From Bacilli bacterium (GTDB lineage Bacteria > Bacillota_I > Bacilli_A > RFN20 > UBA1709): a stretch of DNA of 64,000 bases. The notes beneath the pieces are model-generated. The model saw only the letters and a list, made by a program, of their open reading frames with translations. It searched no databases and had not been told where the DNA came from. This document shows positions 40,910 through 51,624 of this stretch, piece by piece. The stretch is taken from positions 205,237 to 269,236 of the forward strand of contig JAXESU010000004.1 of NCBI GenBank assembly GCA_034115825.1. Reading direction: 5' to 3'. Position numbers and translations under genes: made by a program. The stretch's first letter is position 1. Each line of letters starts with the position of its first letter.

Positions 40910-43900
40910 ATGAATTTAATTTACAAAAAACAACTTCGTGATGCCCTTCATAAAAAGAAATTATATATTACATTATTTATCATTACCCTTCTAGGAATGA
41001 TTTTTTATGCCGGGTTTACAAGTGTTCGCAATAACTTAAAATATTCGATTAACCAATACTATTTAGAACAAAATTTATGTGATTATACTATTAAATCTTC
41101 GACTTATTTTAATAGTGATGAAGCTAATAATTTTGCCAAAGAATTTTCTTTGATTGATTTATATCATCATAGTGTTGTCGTTAATGAAGGAGATATCTAT
41201 TATAAGAATGATATTAGCGTTAATATTCCTCTTATTATCGAGGGCGAATATTTTAATGATCAACCAAATTATATTTTAGATTATGATTACGCATTAAAAC
41301 ATCATTATCATGTTGGTGATACTTTTTTTATTGAAAATGATCGTTATACTATAACTGCTTTAGCAAAGTTCGTTGATTATATTTTTAAAGGAAACTATAT
41401 GCCTGTCAGTAACGAAAGCTATGTTTTCTTAATAAGTAATACTTCATTTAATAATTATAATGAAATTAGTTTTAAGTCATCACTTTCTTTAAAAGAAATA
41501 AAGGGTATCGCTAACAATTACTTTAGTAATGATTTTGTCGTTATTAAAACTAGCGATCAATATAGTTATACTCGTGTTAATAACGATTTAGATTTAATTA
41601 ATTCGATTTTATTCATTTTTCCTATTGCGTGTTTTATTTCAATTATTATTATTTTATACATCAATTACAATCGCCTAATTCAAGATCAAAAAAAATATTT
41701 AGGAATTTTAAAAGCTAATGGTTTTAAAGTTCGTCATCTATTTTTTAGTTTAACAATTATTCCACTTACAATTGTTTTACTTGCTTCTCTTTGTGGTTCA
41801 TTAATTGGAATAAAAGTAATTCCTTTAGTTTATGTTAACTTACTTAAAAGTTATTATTGTTTACCTCCTTTAAGAACTGCTAGTTTATTTTATAGTGTTG
41901 GTCTTCCAATTTTAATTTTATTTTTCACTTCATTCATTACTATTTGTGTTCCTCTACTTTTAACAGTTTTCAAAACTCCAATGGAGCTAATGAAAAATGA
42001 AGACAGTAATAATAAAACAAGGATGATTTTTAAAAATACTAATCTTCCATATCATTTAAAGCTTGTCGCTCGTAATATCTTAACTTATACCAAAAAAAAT
42101 ATTTGTATGATCCTTTCTTCGACAATTATTTTAGGTATTGTTCTAGCTATTTTCTTTGTTGAAGATTCAATTAATTATACTGATGAAACATTAGCCAAAA
42201 AATCTTTCAATGCTGATTATTATTTAGCAATAAATAATTATTACTATGACGATGCTAAAACAATTTTAGAACAAGATGATAGTCCAATTAGTGATTTTTA
42301 TTATATAAATAGTATCAATATTAAGACAGAATATGAAAATATTCGAGAGGACTTATATCTATATGATGAAACAAAACCTTCACTGAAAGTTGACGATATT
42401 AATAATAATCCTCTCGATTTAACAAAAAGAGGAATATATTTACCTTCTAGTTATCAAAAATATGGTCTTAATATAAATGATGAAATTACTATTTATTTCA
42501 GTGTCGATAATTATGTTAGACCATTTAAATTTCCTGTTGCCGGCTTTATTAAAGAATTTGGTTTAACTAAATTTGCGATGTCATTACAAACTATTGAAGA
42601 TTTAAATAAACAAATTGCTGACTACTTAAAAGAAATCCCTACGCCATTTTTTGTTAAACTTAAAGATAGTTATACAAATAATGATTTAGCCGAATTTGTT
42701 GAAGATAATTTTAAATATTATCCATTAATCACTTCCTTAAACAACAATTTAAACTATCAATATAAGACTGAAACAAAAATTACTAATAGTGATACGATAA
42801 GTGATGTTACTACTTTTGCTAATTTAGAAACATATATCCCTTACAATAGTAACAAGTTAGATCTATATTTATTTGATTATAAAACGACTACTTTAGTTTT
42901 AAATGATCAAAATAATCAACCGATTACCTTTAAAAACGATGGCTTATATATCAATGAAAAAACAGCTTATAACCTCCAATTACATATTGGTGATACTGTA
43001 ATTATCAATTATTTAGATACGATTATTCCTCTTACTCTCAGTGGGATTACTAATTCTTTTATTGATAGTTATTGTGACTTTAATTATTTTAATTTAATGT
43101 ATAAATTTAGTGGTGGAAAAGAAACTATTAAAAAAGAATATTTATTTAATTCTACCCTAACAATGACTGAGCTAAAAGAACAAGGATTAAAAGATTTTAG
43201 TTATTTCCGTTTCAATTATCTAAATGATTTATATTGTTTTAATAATAGTGGAATAAAAATAGATGATTTTGAATCATTAATTGATGGTAATACTATCTAT
43301 AGCCGTTATCAAACATATCAAAGCATCATAAATAATAATGATAAAGATAGCAAACTATCCTTAACTGTTTTAGAAGATGGTATGATTACTAACATTAACG
43401 ATAATGGAATATATTTACCTATTCAATACGATAAGAATTATGATATAAACGATTCAATAAATATTCGTCTTAATAATAAAAATTACACGATGAAAATTGA
43501 AGGTTTTATTAAAGCAACCTCATTTGGAGCATTTGCAAGTTCGACTTACTTAAAAACTATTAGTAACGATTTTACTTTTAATAAAGATTATTCTTCATAC
43601 TTAATTAAAACAAATAATATTAGTCAACTTAAAGATAATATTTTTACTAATCAAGAATATCATCATTTTTCAATCAATAACTTAAGTTCATTTAAACGCA
43701 ACATGAAATTAATTTATGATATTATTACTTTAACAAAAGTTATCACTACTGTTTTAGCAGGTTCAATCTTTATTTTGTTAAGTTATAATATTGGCGTTAT
43801 TTGTTTAAATGCTCGCTTAAACGATATTAAATGCTTTAAAGCAATGGGTTATAAAGAAAGTAAACTAAATCATATGTTAACATTAGAAAATGTCATCATC

Positions 43901-44125
43901 GTCATTATTGGTGCGATTTTAGCTGTTCCAATCGGAAGAGTAATGTGTGACTACATTTTAAAACAAGTTTTTATTATTACAATGGTAAGAATGTTCATAT
44001 CCACATCATTTTTAACTATTTTAACTGTTATCATTATTGCAATAACATTAATATTAATTGCTTCAAATTTTATCAATCGTAAAGTAAGTCGTCTGGACTT
44101 ATTAACTCTATTAAAGGAGAAATAA
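40910..44125 (+). CDS. ABC exporter permease with two FtsX/MacB-type modules
   Basis: 1071 aa. Transmembrane helix, large extracytoplasmic domain, four transmembrane segments, second large domain, and a C-terminal four-TM FtsX module. Confidence 0.65.
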   Translation: MNLIYKKQLRDALHKKKLYITLFIITLLGMIFYAGFTSVRNNLKYSINQYYLEQNLCDYTIKSSTYFNSDEANNFAKEFSLIDLYHHSVVVNEGDIYYKNDISVNIPLIIEGEYFNDQPNYILDYDYALKHHYHVGDTFFIENDRYTITALAKFVDYIFKGNYMPVSNESYVFLISNTSFNNYNEISFKSSLSLKEIKGIANNYFSNDFVVIKTSDQYSYTRVNNDLDLINSILFIFPIACFISIIIILYINYNRLIQDQKKYLGILKANGFKVRHLFFSLTIIPLTIVLLASLCGSLIGIKVIPLVYVNLLKSYYCLPPLRTASLFYSVGLPILILFFTSFITICVPLLLTVFKTPMELMKNEDSNNKTRMIFKNTNLPYHLKLVARNILTYTKKNICMILSSTIILGIVLAIFFVEDSINYTDETLAKKSFNADYYLAINNYYYDDAKTILEQDDSPISDFYYINSINIKTEYENIREDLYLYDETKPSLKVDDINNNPLDLTKRGIYLPSSYQKYGLNINDEITIYFSVDNYVRPFKFPVAGFIKEFGLTKFAMSLQTIEDLNKQIADYLKEIPTPFFVKLKDSYTNNDLAEFVEDNFKYYPLITSLNNNLNYQYKTETKITNSDTISDVTTFANLETYIPYNSNKLDLYLFDYKTTTLVLNDQNNQPITFKNDGLYINEKTAYNLQLHIGDTVIINYLDTIIPLTLSGITNSFIDSYCDFNYFNLMYKFSGGKETIKKEYLFNSTLTMTELKEQGLKDFSYFRFNYLNDLYCFNNSGIKIDDFESLIDGNTIYSRYQTYQSIINNNDKDSKLSLTVLEDGMITNINDNGIYLPIQYDKNYDINDSINIRLNNKNYTMKIEGFIKATSFGAFASSTYLKTISNDFTFNKDYSSYLIKTNNISQLKDNIFTNQEYHHFSINNLSSFKRNMKLIYDIITLTKVITTVLAGSIFILLSYNIGVICLNARLNDIKCFKAMGYKESKLNHMLTLENVIIVIIGAILAVPIGRVMCDYILKQVFIITMVRMFISTSFLTILTVIIIAITLILIASNFINRKVSRLDLLTLLKEK

Positions 44126-44131
44126 TCAATT

Positions 44132-44836
44132 ATGGAAAAAATTATCGAATTCAAAAATGTTACCCGTTATTACAAAACGATGAGTGTTATTACTAAAGCC
44201 TTAGATGACGTTTCATTTACTATCAATGAAGGTGAATTTGTCATTATTTTAGGAGATAGTGGTAGCGGTAAATCAACGGCTTTAAACTTAATCGGTGGGA
44301 TTGATCGATTAACTGGTGGCGAAATCTATTTTAAAGATAAAAATATTTCAACACTAAAACGACAAGAACTAAATGAGTATCGTGCTCTTAATGTTGGTAT
44401 TGTTTTTCAAAACTATAATTTAATTAATAATTTAAGTGTATTAGAAAACGTTAAAATTGTTAATGATATTAAAGACAATAATCTTGACGCTAAAGAAATG
44501 TTAACTCGCGTTGGACTAGCTAATAAACTTGATCGCTTCCCTATTGAATTATCTGGTGGTGAACAGCAACGTGTAGCAATTGCTCGAGCCCTTGTTAAAA
44601 AACCTGATATTTTATTATGTGATGAACCAACCGGAGCTTTAGACTATGAAAATAGTAAAAATATTTTAAAATTATTAAAAGATTTAAATATTAACTATAA
44701 TATTACAACAATTATCGTTACCCATAACCAAGCTTTTAAAAAAGTCGCTGATAAGATTATTACTTTAAAAAGTGGTAAGGTAATAAACATTATTAATAAC
44801 GATAATCCATTACCTGTCGAAAAGTTAGAATGGTAA
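44132..44836 (+). CDS. ABC transporter ATP-binding protein (MacB/LolD-like)
   Basis: 234 aa. [35 protein letters not shown]. Confidence 0.85.
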   Translation: MEKIIEFKNVTRYYKTMSVITKALDDVSFTINEGEFVIILGDSGSGKSTALNLIGGIDRLTGGEIYFKDKNISTLKRQELNEYRALNVGIVFQNYNLINNLSVLENVKIVNDIKDNNLDAKEMLTRVGLANKLDRFPIELSGGEQQRVAIARALVKKPDILLCDEPTGALDYENSKNILKLLKDLNINYNITTIIVTHNQAFKKVADKIITLKSGKVINIINNDNPLPVEKLEW

Positions 44837-44866
44837 AAAGAAAAGTTCACTTTGAAGTGAACTTTT

Positions 44867-45715
44867 TTATTTTTCTTTATAAATAATACCAATTGTTCCT
44901 TTACCACAGTGTGTTGAAATAACACATCCTGCAGTTTGTTCTAAAATATTTTCTTTTTTAAAGCCTAAATTAATTAATTCTTCAATCATTTCTTGAGCTT
45001 CATCACTAGCAAAACAATGAGTAACAAAGATTAAATCTTTATCAATGTTATAAATACCATTCATAACATCTTCAAGTTGACCTTTTACACCTTGTTTCAT
45101 TCCTCTAAATTTACGGGCAACAACCATTTGACCATCAACTACTTTAATGTTTGGTTTAATTCTTAAAATAGTACCAACAACACGAGCCATTCCACTGCAT
45201 CTTCCGCCCTTATGTAAATATTCTAAAGTATCAATAACAAATTGAGTACGAATCTTTTCACGATCGATAATTAAAATATCATATATCTCTTTAGCACTCT
45301 TACCTTCATCACGTAATTTACAAGCTTCTAATACTAAATAACCAATCCCACTAGAAAGATTTTTAGAATCCATAACATAAATGCGTTCTTCACCTAATTC
45401 TTCTTTTACTTGGTTAAAAATATTAAATGTACCACTAAATCCTGCACCAATACCAGTATAGAAAATATCATAACCTTCATCTATATAAGGTTTAAATGCA
45501 TCATAAACATCTTTAAAAGTTGGACAAGATGACTTTGGAAGCATTTTACGTTTCTTTACTTCATCGAATAATAAACTTGGGGTAATATCACTTCCATCTT
45601 TATAAACATCTTGTTCAAAAGTTACATATAATCGAACAACTTTAATATCATACTTTTGACAAATTTCATTACTTAAATCACATGTTGAATCACTAAAAAT
45701 AACGACTTTGTTCAT
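44867..45715 (-). CDS. DegV-family protein (paralog 3)
   Basis: 282 aa. MNKVVIFSDSTCDL. Confidence 0.8.
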   Translation of the reverse strand: MNKVVIFSDSTCDLSNEICQKYDIKVVRLYVTFEQDVYKDGSDITPSLLFDEVKKRKMLPKSSCPTFKDVYDAFKPYIDEGYDIFYTGIGAGFSGTFNIFNQVKEELGEERIYVMDSKNLSSGIGYLVLEACKLRDEGKSAKEIYDILIIDREKIRTQFVIDTLEYLHKGGRCSGMARVVGTILRIKPNIKVVDGQMVVARKFRGMKQGVKGQLEDVMNGIYNIDKDLIFVTHCFASDEAQEMIEELINLGFKKENILEQTAGCVISTHCGKGTIGIIYKEK

Positions 45716-45829
45716 AATTTTCTACCTCACTAACTTTAAATATATTTTAATATAAAAAAGATAAAATAGCAATGTGAAATAAGTCTTTTTAATTAATTAA
45801 AAAGACAACCATGAATGGCTGTCTTTGTT

Positions 45830-47320
45830 CTAAATTAATGGCAATAATTCATTGACCATACTTTCTAATTTATTTACATAGAATGTACGATCTTTGCCCA
45901 ATGTTGTGTCAATTTCTGTAGTTTCAACTCCAGGATCTTTGACAATTTTACTAACATTCGTACTTAGAATATTACTTCCTTTTGTAATATTTAAAGAGTT
46001 TTTAATAATATTAAAATAATTATTAATTTGATCTTCGGTAAATCCCTTGCCTATTACTAAGCCATCATGCAAAGTTAAAAAAGCTTTTGCTTCGATTATA
46101 TTGTTATTATTAATAGACAACTTACCAGAATTTTCACTCGTTCCATAAGCATTACGTGCAATTTGAATTGCATTATTTTTGTCTTCATCTTTAATTGTTT
46201 TAATAGCATTTAAATTGAATGTATTATTTTCGATACGAGAAACAATACCATCTTTATTATAAGGTAATTGGATATTAATTGAACGAACACAATCACTAAT
46301 TGTATTTCCTACAATTTCATAACTTGTTTTTGTGTTTTGAGCAAAAATAGTAAGTGGATATCTACTTTTTCCAACGTTATAAAAAGTACAATTTTTAATT
46401 ACAAAATGAGCATCTCCACTTAAACTAATACCTACATTAGAAAAAATACAATCTTCAAATACAATCGTTTGATTACTTAATTTATTATCATTAGTTAATC
46501 CAGAACTCGAATTATTTGAAACAGAAATACTTGGAGAATCTCCTTTTTCACTCATATGTGTTGATCCAAAATACTTTCCTTTTACAGTAACTGTATTATC
46601 TACTACTGATATAGTATTGGCAAAAATATTTGTAGGTACTTTATCACTTATAATACTTCCCCAACTACCATTAGCATTATTCTCCTTGTTAATAATTTTA
46701 ACATCTTCACTACTAGTAACATTGTCAAAACTTTCTTTTAAAATTAAAGTTCCATTTTCAGCATTTACATTTACTGTAGGTTTAACATTCATTTCAATAG
46801 CGTTATTATTTAAATCAAAATTATAATTTGTAATTGTATCATTTGAGACAAAATTCAATCCACTATTTACAACAACAGAAGATAATAATGCATAATTTGA
46901 GACTCCTTTTTGTAAACGAAGTGAAGAGTCTAAAGTTGACCAAAGTTTGTCACTAGTGACTTCTTTTTTATCTTCAGGATACAAAATATTACCAGTCTCT
47001 TTATCAAGTAATAAACATTCTTTACCTTCACGATAATAAGCAAAAACATAATTTTTAGAAATTGTTTTGAAATGATTAGAATTAATTCCATTTTTTTCAA
47101 TTAAAGTTATTAATTCTGGTAATGTAATATCATCATCTAAAGCTGATTCTGCTTTTAATAATGTGTTATATTGCGTACACATTTGCTCATCTACAGACTG
47201 ATTAGCTTTTTCCGTAAAGCCTAAATAACCAACAGCTGAAACTGTTGCTAAAACAGCTAGAATAGCAATAACAACTAATAATTCAACAAGCGTAAATGCT
47301 CTCTTTTTAGTCTTTTGCAT
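45830..47320 (-). CDS. Type IV prepilin-like protein with a C-terminal parallel beta-helix-like domain (496 aa, Ala at -1)
   Basis: Class III signal KKRA|FTLVELLVVIAILAVLA and a conserved GYLGFT block shared with the other pilins. C-terminal PbH1-like repeats (NCTFYNVG, GNTISDC, ENNTFNLN). Last gene of the pilus locus; a terminator hairpin at about 45803-45824 follows on the minus strand. Confidence 0.6.
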   Translation of the reverse strand: MQKTKKRAFTLVELLVVIAILAVLATVSAVGYLGFTEKANQSVDEQMCTQYNTLLKAESALDDDITLPELITLIEKNGINSNHFKTISKNYVFAYYREGKECLLLDKETGNILYPEDKKEVTSDKLWSTLDSSLRLQKGVSNYALLSSVVVNSGLNFVSNDTITNYNFDLNNNAIEMNVKPTVNVNAENGTLILKESFDNVTSSEDVKIINKENNANGSWGSIISDKVPTNIFANTISVVDNTVTVKGKYFGSTHMSEKGDSPSISVSNNSSSGLTNDNKLSNQTIVFEDCIFSNVGISLSGDAHFVIKNCTFYNVGKSRYPLTIFAQNTKTSYEIVGNTISDCVRSINIQLPYNKDGIVSRIENNTFNLNAIKTIKDEDKNNAIQIARNAYGTSENSGKLSINNNNIIEAKAFLTLHDGLVIGKGFTEDQINNYFNIIKNSLNITKGSNILSTNVSKIVKDPGVETTEIDTTLGKDRTFYVNKLESMVNELLPLI

Positions 47321-47324
47321 AAAA

Positions 47325-49016
47325 CTACTCCCCTTTTCTTAATTTTTCACTTACGCGAACAACATCACTTAATTGTTCAAATTCTTCAAAAGAAGTTTCC
47401 CCATTTAAAACTCTTTCTTTAGCATTATCTAAGATTGATTGCATTTTTTGATTTAAAATTTCATTTAATCTTTCAGTATTAAAATCATCTGACATAATTA
47501 ATTCACGCATTCTTTCATCAAGAACCATGATTTCAAAAACACCAATACGACCACTATAACCAGTATTGTTACATTTACGGCATCCTTTAGCATGATAGAT
47601 TTCAACTGGATGATCTAAACCTAACATATGCATTTCAGCTAAAGTTGTTAGACGTTTTTCTTTACATTCTGGACATAACTTTCTAACTAAACGTTGTGAA
47701 ATAGCGCCTAGCAAAGCATCAGCTACTAAGTAACGTGGAATACCCATATTAATTAAACGAGTGATAACACCTGCAACATCATTAGTGTGGATAGTTGATA
47801 AAACTAAGTGACCTGTAATAGCTGCACGTGTAGCGATATTAGCTGTTTCTTCATCACGAATTTCACCGATCATAATAACGTTAGGGTCTTGACGTAAAAT
47901 TGAACGAAGAGCGTTAGCAAAAGTCATATTAGCTTTAACGTTAACTTGAACTTGGTTAATACCAACAATTTGGTTTTCAACAGGATCTTCAACCGTAATA
48001 ATATTCGTATCTTCTTTATTTAAATAACGTAAGAAAGCATACATTGATGTTGATTTACCACTACCAGTAGGACCAGTTAGAAGGATAATTCCATGTGGAC
48101 GAGTAATCATTTGTAATACTAATTCTTGTTGACGTTTAGAAAAACCTAAAGCATCTAAATTATCACTGCTAAAGGAAACGTTATAAATACGAATAACAAT
48201 TTTTTCACCATTAATAGTTGGAATTGTTGAAACACGGAAATCATATGGAACGCCTTTAACATCTAAACTAATCTTACCATCTTGAGGTACACGACGTTCA
48301 GCAATATTCATTTCAGCCATAATCTTATAACGAGCTAAAACTGCTTGATATAATGTTACGGGAATTGAATCAACACTTAATAATTTACCGTCAATTCTTA
48401 AACGAACGCGAACTTCAGTTTCAAATGGTTCAATATGAATATCACTTGCGCCACGAGAAATAGCATCTTTTAAGATTGAGTCACAAAGTTTAATAATTGG
48501 TGCATCAATACCAATATTTTCTTTTAATTGTTCACTACTATTTTTGTTTTCATCATTATATTCAGTTAAAACTGATGTTTGTTGTGCCTTATTATCAATG
48601 TATTCTAGTAATTTAGTAATTTGACTTGGGACAACTAAAAATAGTTTAATTTCTTTATTAACATTAAAGCGTAATTCATTAATTTCATCTTTTCTAAATG
48701 GATTAGCAAAACCCATATAAATATATTTATCATCTTCACTATATGGAACTACTTGAAATTCGATTAACTTTTCTCTTGGAAAGCGATTAGCAAGTTTAAT
48801 ATCAATTTCATTTAATTGATATGCTCTTAATTCAATATGTAAAAATGAAGATAATGATTCATAGACTTTTTGTTCATCTAATACATTATTTTTGATTAAT
48901 ACTGATGATAAAGGTTCAGCATTAACATTACTACTTTGTAAATACGGTTCAACATCATTTTGATTAATTACATTATGACTTACTAAAAAGGATGCAAATA
49001 AATCATTAAAAAGCAT
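47325..49016 (-). CDS. pilB: Type IV pilus assembly ATPase (GspE/PilB family)
   Basis: 563 aa. Walker A LLTGPTGSGKST and a tetracysteine CPEC...CRKC motif. Confidence 0.85.
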   Translation of the reverse strand: MLFNDLFASFLVSHNVINQNDVEPYLQSSNVNAEPLSSVLIKNNVLDEQKVYESLSSFLHIELRAYQLNEIDIKLANRFPREKLIEFQVVPYSEDDKYIYMGFANPFRKDEINELRFNVNKEIKLFLVVPSQITKLLEYIDNKAQQTSVLTEYNDENKNSSEQLKENIGIDAPIIKLCDSILKDAISRGASDIHIEPFETEVRVRLRIDGKLLSVDSIPVTLYQAVLARYKIMAEMNIAERRVPQDGKISLDVKGVPYDFRVSTIPTINGEKIVIRIYNVSFSSDNLDALGFSKRQQELVLQMITRPHGIILLTGPTGSGKSTSMYAFLRYLNKEDTNIITVEDPVENQIVGINQVQVNVKANMTFANALRSILRQDPNVIMIGEIRDEETANIATRAAITGHLVLSTIHTNDVAGVITRLINMGIPRYLVADALLGAISQRLVRKLCPECKEKRLTTLAEMHMLGLDHPVEIYHAKGCRKCNNTGYSGRIGVFEIMVLDERMRELIMSDDFNTERLNEILNQKMQSILDNAKERVLNGETSFEEFEQLSDVVRVSEKLRKGE

Positions 49017-49031
49017 TTCTTTCTTCCTCCT

Positions 49032-50240
49032 TTAACCAATATTTTGCATAAGTGAGATAATTGGTAAGAAAATAGCTAAAATTACTACACCAACAATGAC
49101 CCCTAATGTGATTATCATTAATGGTTCTAAAGCCGCTGTTGCTTTAGTAATAGATGATTCAACCATATCTTCAAAATATCTACTAGTTGATTTTAAAACA
49201 CCTTCTAAATCACCACTTTTTTCACCAACATTGATCATTTCCGTTAACATAAGTGGGAAGATTTTGGTGTTTTCAATTGATTTAGCAATACGTTTACCAC
49301 GCTTTACTTCTTCAATTGAGTATCTAAACTTTTCTTCAAACAACTTGTTATCTAACATTTTAGAGACGTTTTCCATCGCATCAGTAATATTCATACCACT
49401 TTCTAGAAGAATAATAAATGCTTTAGTAAAACGTGAGGTAATTAAGTTTTTTTGAACGGTTCCAAGAATTGGTAAATGTAATTTTAAATAGTCTTTACTA
49501 TATTTACCACTTTCAGTTTTAAAATATAAGATTATAATTAGCACAACTGCTAAGATGGCTGGAATGATAATAAAGATATTATTAACAAAGAACTCGGAAA
49601 TGTTCATAATAACTCTTGTTAAGGTTGGGATATCTCCACCTAATTCATTAATTGTCGACTCGAATTGAGGCAAGACAAATAAAGTCATAAATAATATAAC
49701 AACAATAATTAAGACCGAAACAATAATTGGATAAACCATTGCCCCTTTAACCTTTCTTTTAATACGACGATCATTTTCATAATAATCAGCCATACTTGAA
49801 AGAACAGTATCCAAAGAGCCAGATTCTTCACCGATTGCTACCATGTTAATAAAGAAATTTGGGAATACTTTTGGATGTTTTCGAAAAGCTTCAGATAAAA
49901 TAACCCCTGACATAACATCATTATAAATTTCACTTAAAACTTTTTGGAAAATCTTACTAAATTTTTGTTTGCGTAAAACATTAAGCGAATCGGCAATACT
50001 AATTGAAGCTTTTACCATTATTGAAAATTCTCGTAAAAATGAAACTACTTCATTAAATGGTACTTTACTTCTAACCGCCAAAAAAGTATTTGGTTTTTTC
50101 TCTTTAATAACTGTCGCACTTAATAAAATATAGTTATCTCTTTTTAAAAGAGCACGTAAACTTACTTCATCATTTGCTTCTTTAACAATAATTTTATTTT
50201 GTCCTAATTCATCAAGGACTTTACAATTGTATAGTAACAA
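49032..50240 (-). CDS. pilC: Type IV pilus platform protein (GspF/PilC family)
   Basis: 402 aa. Two T2SSF repeats each followed by transmembrane segments. Confidence 0.8.
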   Translation of the reverse strand: MLLYNCKVLDELGQNKIIVKEANDEVSLRALLKRDNYILLSATVIKEKKPNTFLAVRSKVPFNEVVSFLREFSIMVKASISIADSLNVLRKQKFSKIFQKVLSEIYNDVMSGVILSEAFRKHPKVFPNFFINMVAIGEESGSLDTVLSSMADYYENDRRIKRKVKGAMVYPIIVSVLIIVVILFMTLFVLPQFESTINELGGDIPTLTRVIMNISEFFVNNIFIIIPAILAVVLIIILYFKTESGKYSKDYLKLHLPILGTVQKNLITSRFTKAFIILLESGMNITDAMENVSKMLDNKLFEEKFRYSIEEVKRGKRIAKSIENTKIFPLMLTEMINVGEKSGDLEGVLKSTSRYFEDMVESSITKATAALEPLMIITLGVIVGVVILAIFLPIISLMQNIG

Positions 50241-50241
50241 A

Positions 50242-51021
50242 TTAAATCACCAGCCTTATATAAAAATCAATTAATAAGTTGCCATATAATAGAGCAAAAT
50301 ATGTTCCGATTAATAAATATGGTCCAAAAGCAATTTCACTATCGCGACTTTTCTTCTTTAAAGAAATTAATGTAACTTCAATAATCGATCCTAGAAGCGA
50401 ACCAACTAAAATTGCTATTATTAAACATTGATAACCTAAAAGAAGTCCGGAAATAGTCATTAAAATAACATCGCCCATTCCTAAACATTCTTGTTTCATC
50501 ACTAGTTTACCAATAACTTTAATTAAGAAAAAGAATAGAAATCCAACTAACGCCCCAATTAAATAAGGCATATAATCCATTTTTAAATAAAAAACTAAAT
50601 AACTAACATAACCTAAAGTTAAGATAAAATAAATAACTTGCGTTAAATCATAAATGTAATGAGTTTGATAATCAATGCCACCAATCACTAAAAACAAGCA
50701 GACTAATAACAAGACGAATATCAAATCATAACTTAAACGGAATTGTAAAAAAGCCAATAAAAAGCTTACTCCTCCTAAAATTTCTAAAATGAAGGAAAAA
50801 TATCCAATTGGACTATGACAATAACGACATTTACCTTTTAAAATGATAAAGCTTAAAATCGGAATATTGTCATACCATTTAATTTTTTGTTTACAATGAG
50901 GACAAAATGAATCTGGTTTAACAATGCTCATTTTATTTGGAACACGATAAATAATAACCCCAATAAAGCTAGCTAAAACTGTTCCTAAAATAAAGATAAA
51001 CACACTTACTAAATAAATCAT
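50242..51021 (-). CDS. pilD: Prepilin peptidase (A24 family, PilD/ComC)
   Basis: 259 aa. CPHC...CRYC zinc site. Catalytic Asp in GGIDYQ and LGMGDV. Confidence 0.8.
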   Translation of the reverse strand: MIYLVSVFIFILGTVLASFIGVIIYRVPNKMSIVKPDSFCPHCKQKIKWYDNIPILSFIILKGKCRYCHSPIGYFSFILEILGGVSFLLAFLQFRLSYDLIFVLLLVCLFLVIGGIDYQTHYIYDLTQVIYFILTLGYVSYLVFYLKMDYMPYLIGALVGFLFFFLIKVIGKLVMKQECLGMGDVILMTISGLLLGYQCLIIAILVGSLLGSIIEVTLISLKKKSRDSEIAFGPYLLIGTYFALLYGNLLIDFYIRLVI

Positions 51022-51212
51022 TTGCTCACCTCATCGCCAACAGTTTCTTGTAATTGATTAAATCGACTATTTATAATGGCACTATAACGATAAACGGAAA
51101 TAAAAGCAGCTAAAGAAATCGTTGAGATAAAGAAAGTTAAAACAATTGTAATGATTAAGGCATAGCCTTTATTCTTTTTACGCATGATTATATCTTCCTC
51201 CTTTATCACCAT
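51018..51212 (-). CDS. Small pseudopilin-like protein lacking Glu5
   Basis: 64 aa. KKNKGYALIITIVL resembles a class III signal sequence but has no Glu at +5. Confidence 0.3.
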   Translation of the reverse strand: MVIKEEDIIMRKKNKGYALIITIVLTFFISTISLAAFISVYRYSAIINSRFNQLQETVGDEVSK

Positions 51213-51624
51213 AAACTAATTCTTTAATGATGTATCTTTCACTATTTACTTCCTTAACAAATAATTTCATTTCGGTATAGTCATCGTCATCAAAATTATC
51301 GTAAATCGCAGTCAAGATATATTTAGCATTATCACTATTAGAAGAAGGCTCATAATTACTACTATAATAAACCATAAGAGTTTTATCAACTTCATTAAAT
51401 AAATATTCACCTGACTCATAATAGCTTTCATACCATTTTTGATAATATTTGCTACTAAATGAATCTATTTCATAACAAATAGTTTCAAAATGCATATATT
51501 CACGTTGTCTTTCTTCGCCTTTAACTGATAATAAATACGTTGTTAAGACGACACCAAAAGTTATAAGAAAGATAACTGATGCAACGATAACTTCAATTAA
51601 AGTCATCCCTCTTTTTTTCATCAT
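51178..51624 (-). CDS. Minor (pseudo)pilin
   Basis: 148 aa. KKRG|MTLIEVIVASVIF class III signal with Glu5. Confidence 0.55.
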   Translation of the reverse strand: MMKKRGMTLIEVIVASVIFLITFGVVLTTYLLSVKGEERQREYMHFETICYEIDSFSSKYYQKWYESYYESGEYLFNEVDKTLMVYYSSNYEPSSNSDNAKYILTAIYDNFDDDDYTEMKLFVKEVNSERYIIKELVYGDKGGRYNHA

